20,000 nucleotides of DNA from an uncultured virus (IMG/VR IMGVR_UViG_3300030098_006717) (lineage: Duplodnaviria; Heunggongvirae; Uroviricota; Caudoviricetes): IMG/VR virus record IMGVR_UViG_3300030098_006717; one strand, given 5' to 3'. Position numbers and translations under genes: made by a program. The notes under the pieces are model-generated. The model did not search any database. It was not told the DNA's origin and was given only the letters and a program-made list of their open reading frames with translations. Below, piece after piece: positions 17,693 to 20,000 of this stretch (position 1 is the first letter of the stretch; the number at the start of each line of letters is the position of its first letter).

Positions 17693-17701
17693 GAGTTTGT
17701 T

Positions 17702-17947
17702 ATGAAAAGGTTTTTAATAGGTTTAATATTAATATCATTTTTAATACCAAAAAATGTGGAAGAGAAAGAAGTCGGGAGGTATCAATTGGCTGTTTCAACT
17801 TATACATCTCAAAAGGGAAAAGTATATATAGTTGAAACAGTTCTTGATACAAAAACTGGTAAAGTAGTTAAAAGAAAAAGAATTTATCACACTAAATATA
17901 AATTACCTTATAAAAATGATAGAGGTAAAACAATATATGAGGAGTAA
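17702..17947 (+). CDS. Small secreted or membrane-anchored hypothetical protein
   Basis: AGGAG at 17691-17695, a hydrophobic N-terminus, and a 'GRYQL...VLDTKTGKV' beta-rich motif. Confidence 0.75.
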   Translation: MKRFLIGLILISFLIPKNVEEKEVGRYQLAVSTYTSQKGKVYIVETVLDTKTGKVVKRKRIYHTKYKLPYKNDRGKTIYEE

Positions 17948-17950
17948 ATT

Positions 17951-18280
17951 ATGTCAGAGGAAGTGAAAGAAGTAAAAAATTATCATCCTGCAGATACTAA
18001 TGGTGATGGTAAGGTATCTAAAAAAGAACAAGAAATGTTTTTAGAATTTAAGCGTAAAGAACTTGAAGATGCTGACGCAATGAGAGATGCTCAGCGTAAA
18101 ATGGCGTGGTTTGCTATGTTTGGTATGTTACTATATCCATTTGCAGTAGTAATTGCTAATTGGGTTGGATTAGATCAAGCTTCTAAAATACTTGGTGATA
18201 TGGCGGCAACTTACTTTGTTTCTGTAGCGGCAATTGTAGCAGCTTTCTTTGGAACACAAGCATATTCGAAGAATAAGTAA
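17951..18280 (+). CDS. Holin-like two-TM membrane protein with an N-terminal EF-hand loop
   Basis: Canonical 12-residue loop DTNGDGKVSKKE (17993-18028), two hydrophobic helices and a short basic tail. AGGAG at 17940-17944. Confidence 0.6.
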   Translation: MSEEVKEVKNYHPADTNGDGKVSKKEQEMFLEFKRKELEDADAMRDAQRKMAWFAMFGMLLYPFAVVIANWVGLDQASKILGDMAATYFVSVAAIVAAFFGTQAYSKNK

Positions 18281-18918
18281 TGATAAAATTAAAAAACTTA
18301 TTAGATTTAAATGATATGAAATATTCTGATGAGGTTAAACCTAAACATCAGAAAACTATGAATATGGAAACTAAATTTATACTTGATGTTAAGATTCCAG
18401 AACAACTTCCTCCTGAAAATTCTAGTAATGAAACTAAATTTGAATTAGAATGGTTATTAATAAATAATCAAGATGTAAATGAGGATTTTGTTAAAAAGGG
18501 TGATAATATTGAAAAAGTTTTTGATGATTATATGAAAAAAAATAATTTAAAATATGATAAAAAATATATTCAAAAAATATTAAAAGAATCTTCAAAAACA
18601 ATTTTACAATTAAAATATTATTACAACAGACCAAGACCAAAACAAATAGCAGACTATTATGGTATGAAAGAATTTAAAAATGTTAATTTACCATCAATGA
18701 AATCACCAAGTTATCCAAGTGGACATTCTACTCAAGGACATTTAGTAGCTTTAATACTTTCTCAAAAATATCCAAAACATTATGAAAAATTTAGAAAATT
18801 AGCCAATATGATATCAGCTTCTCGAATGGTAGGTGGAGCTCATTATCCAAGTGATTGTAAATTTGGTGAAAAAGTTGCTATGTATATATCGGGAGGGATA
18901 GTTATAAAATGGACTTAA
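18280..18918 (+). CDS. PAP2-superfamily phosphatase (acid phosphatase / vanadium haloperoxidase-like)
   Basis: All three motifs are present: KYYYNRPRP, SYPSGH and SRMVGGAHYPSD. TAATG overlap with the upstream gene. No signal peptide. Confidence 0.9.
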   Translation: MIKLKNLLDLNDMKYSDEVKPKHQKTMNMETKFILDVKIPEQLPPENSSNETKFELEWLLINNQDVNEDFVKKGDNIEKVFDDYMKKNNLKYDKKYIQKILKESSKTILQLKYYYNRPRPKQIADYYGMKEFKNVNLPSMKSPSYPSGHSTQGHLVALILSQKYPKHYEKFRKLANMISASRMVGGAHYPSDCKFGEKVAMYISGGIVIKWT

Positions 18919-19088
18919 TGTACATGACAGAATCAGATAAGGCTGAATGGGAAACATCAAGTTCTTTGAGTGATTCACAATCATCTGGATCTTTTTTTAC
19001 AACTGGAAGTTCTGTATTTTGTACAGATTCAAATAAATTATATATTTATAATGGTCTGAGTTGGAAATCAACTACATTGGGAGATTAA
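18909..19088 (+). CDS. 59-aa Ser-rich protein with a tail-fibre-type 'GSxVFxTDxNKLYIYNGxxW' motif
   Basis: MDLMYMTESDKAEWETSSSLSDSQSSGSFFTTGSSVFCTDSNKLYIYNGLSWKSTTLGD. GGAGG at 18892-18896, with an alternative in-frame start at 18918 (TAATG overlap). It fills the gap exactly. Confidence 0.75.
   Translation: MDLMYMTESDKAEWETSSSLSDSQSSGSFFTTGSSVFCTDSNKLYIYNGLSWKSTTLGD
19035..19050 (+). promoter_or_regulatory. Putative promoter motif AAATTATATATTTATA embedded in the small upstream ORF
   Basis: Identical to 13860-13875 and ends 39 nt before the GTG at 19090. Confidence 0.35.
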
Positions 19089-19089
19089 A

Positions 19090-19698
19090 GTGAAAATATT
19101 TTTAATATTATTATTAAGTTTAGGTTTATCATCTGAATGGGGGACATCAGTAAGTGTTAGAACACCTAATGATAACACTAAAGAATTAGACTATGAACTA
19201 TCAGTCAAGTTAGAAGATACAGATGGTAAGTTTCAGTATCTACTAAAGAAAGATTGGGAAAGAGAACTTGGTGAAAAGTATGAAGATGATATCATAAAAT
19301 TTCAACATCAAGTTATAGGTCATCTATATTATGGTGTAGATTATGTCAATAAGGAGTCTAAAGACATAGATTATATTACAGGCAATATAGGTGCTACTAT
19401 CGGTTGGTTTAAAGGTGGAATATCATTTAAACAAGTAGATGATAAAGTATCACCATTGTTAAATTTAGCGTTATCAACAAAAGCTGATATAAAAAACCTT
19501 GACAATGAACCAAATATTTCGTATATTATAAGTATATCTGTAAAATCAGATATTAGTGATAACAATATTATTAATGTAAAATCAGAAGTAAAAAAATGGT
19601 TATCTAAAAAGGTTAATTTATTTGGTTTATATAAACATGAATATTATAATGAAAAAGAAGACTTTCAATTTAAAGTTGGTATTGGAGTTAAATTATGA
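19090..19698 (+). CDS. Secreted outer-membrane beta-barrel-like protein
   Basis: GTG start with GGGAG upstream, a short signal peptide, amphipathic strands and a C-terminal strand 'FQFKVGIGVKL'. Confidence 0.65.
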   Translation: MKIFLILLLSLGLSSEWGTSVSVRTPNDNTKELDYELSVKLEDTDGKFQYLLKKDWERELGEKYEDDIIKFQHQVIGHLYYGVDYVNKESKDIDYITGNIGATIGWFKGGISFKQVDDKVSPLLNLALSTKADIKNLDNEPNISYIISISVKSDISDNNIINVKSEVKKWLSKKVNLFGLYKHEYYNEKEDFQFKVGIGVKL

Positions 19699-20000
19699 TT
19701 ATTAAAATAAAAGATTTATTATTTGAAGATATTACTATTAGAAATCCTAAAACAAACCAAAGGATAAAGGCTACTTCAGCTTTAACTTCAGATGATCCAA
19801 CATTAGTTAAAAAAGCTAAAAGAGCTTTAGGTATGGATAGTGGAGATACTTCTACAGAAGAACCTAAAAAACAAACAAAAATATCTTCAAATCCGTATGA
19901 TGATAAAGATAAATCTGATTCATCAGATGAAGTAGAAACTGATGAGACAAAATCAGTTATAAAAACTTTAAAACAAATAAAAAAAATATCAGAAAAATTA
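19695..20000 (+). CDS. Hypothetical phage protein, 3'-truncated by the window edge (MIIKIKDLLFEDITIRNPKTNQRIKATSAL...)
   Basis: ATGA overlap with the upstream stop, GGAG at 19684-19687, and an open frame to the window end. Confidence 0.8.
   Translation, partial: MIIKIKDLLFEDITIRNPKTNQRIKATSALTSDDPTLVKKAKRALGMDSGDTSTEEPKKQTKISSNPYDDKDKSDSSDEVETDETKSVIKTLKQIKKISEKL

Larger units (their letters stand above)
1..20000 (+). mobile_element. Segment of a large tailed bacteriophage genome (structural module followed by an accessory envelope module)
   Basis: All genes are co-oriented and nearly gapless. There are baseplate/tail-like motifs, a holin-like gene and many small hypotheticals, and no bacterial housekeeping genes. 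Confidence 0.85.

Noticed and set aside
932..19565. All minus-strand ORFs in the track (932-1147, 9428-9766, 10245-10451, 10273-10464, 10928-11149, 14202-14390, 15413-15613, 15835-16074, 19371-19565)
   Set aside because: They are short antisense shadows of well-supported + strand genes with no recognisable motifs. 9428-9766 simply mirrors the tandem repeat.

Overview
AT-rich (roughly 30% GC by eye), gene-dense window with every credible gene on the + strand. It reads as part of a large tailed-phage genome. 1-13846 is a virion structural block: two acidic proteins sharing a C-terminal domain, a 2191-aa baseplate-wedge-like protein with a 41-aa tandem repeat, and three baseplate/tail-associated proteins. 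13930-20000 is a tightly coupled accessory block dominated by cell-envelope proteins: a truncated MscS-like protein, two outer-membrane beta-barrels, a membrane-anchored MshEN-like protein, a secreted thioredoxin-fold protein lacking CxxC, a Cys-rich lipoprotein, an EF-hand holin-like protein and a PAP2-superfamily phosphatase. Four micro-ORFs missing from the ORF track fill the apparent gaps: a 40-aa Lys/Arg peptide, a 19-aa metallothionein-like peptide, a 52-aa DnaJ-type zinc finger and a 59-aa tail-fibre-motif protein. Other signals are a recurrent upstream motif (wAAnTwTATATTTAT), strong AGGAG ribosome-binding sites and an [ST]-[GAS]-S tripeptide bias in some structural proteins. No tRNA, rRNA, CRISPR array or transposase was recognised. 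All family assignments come from motif recognition by eye, not from database searches.
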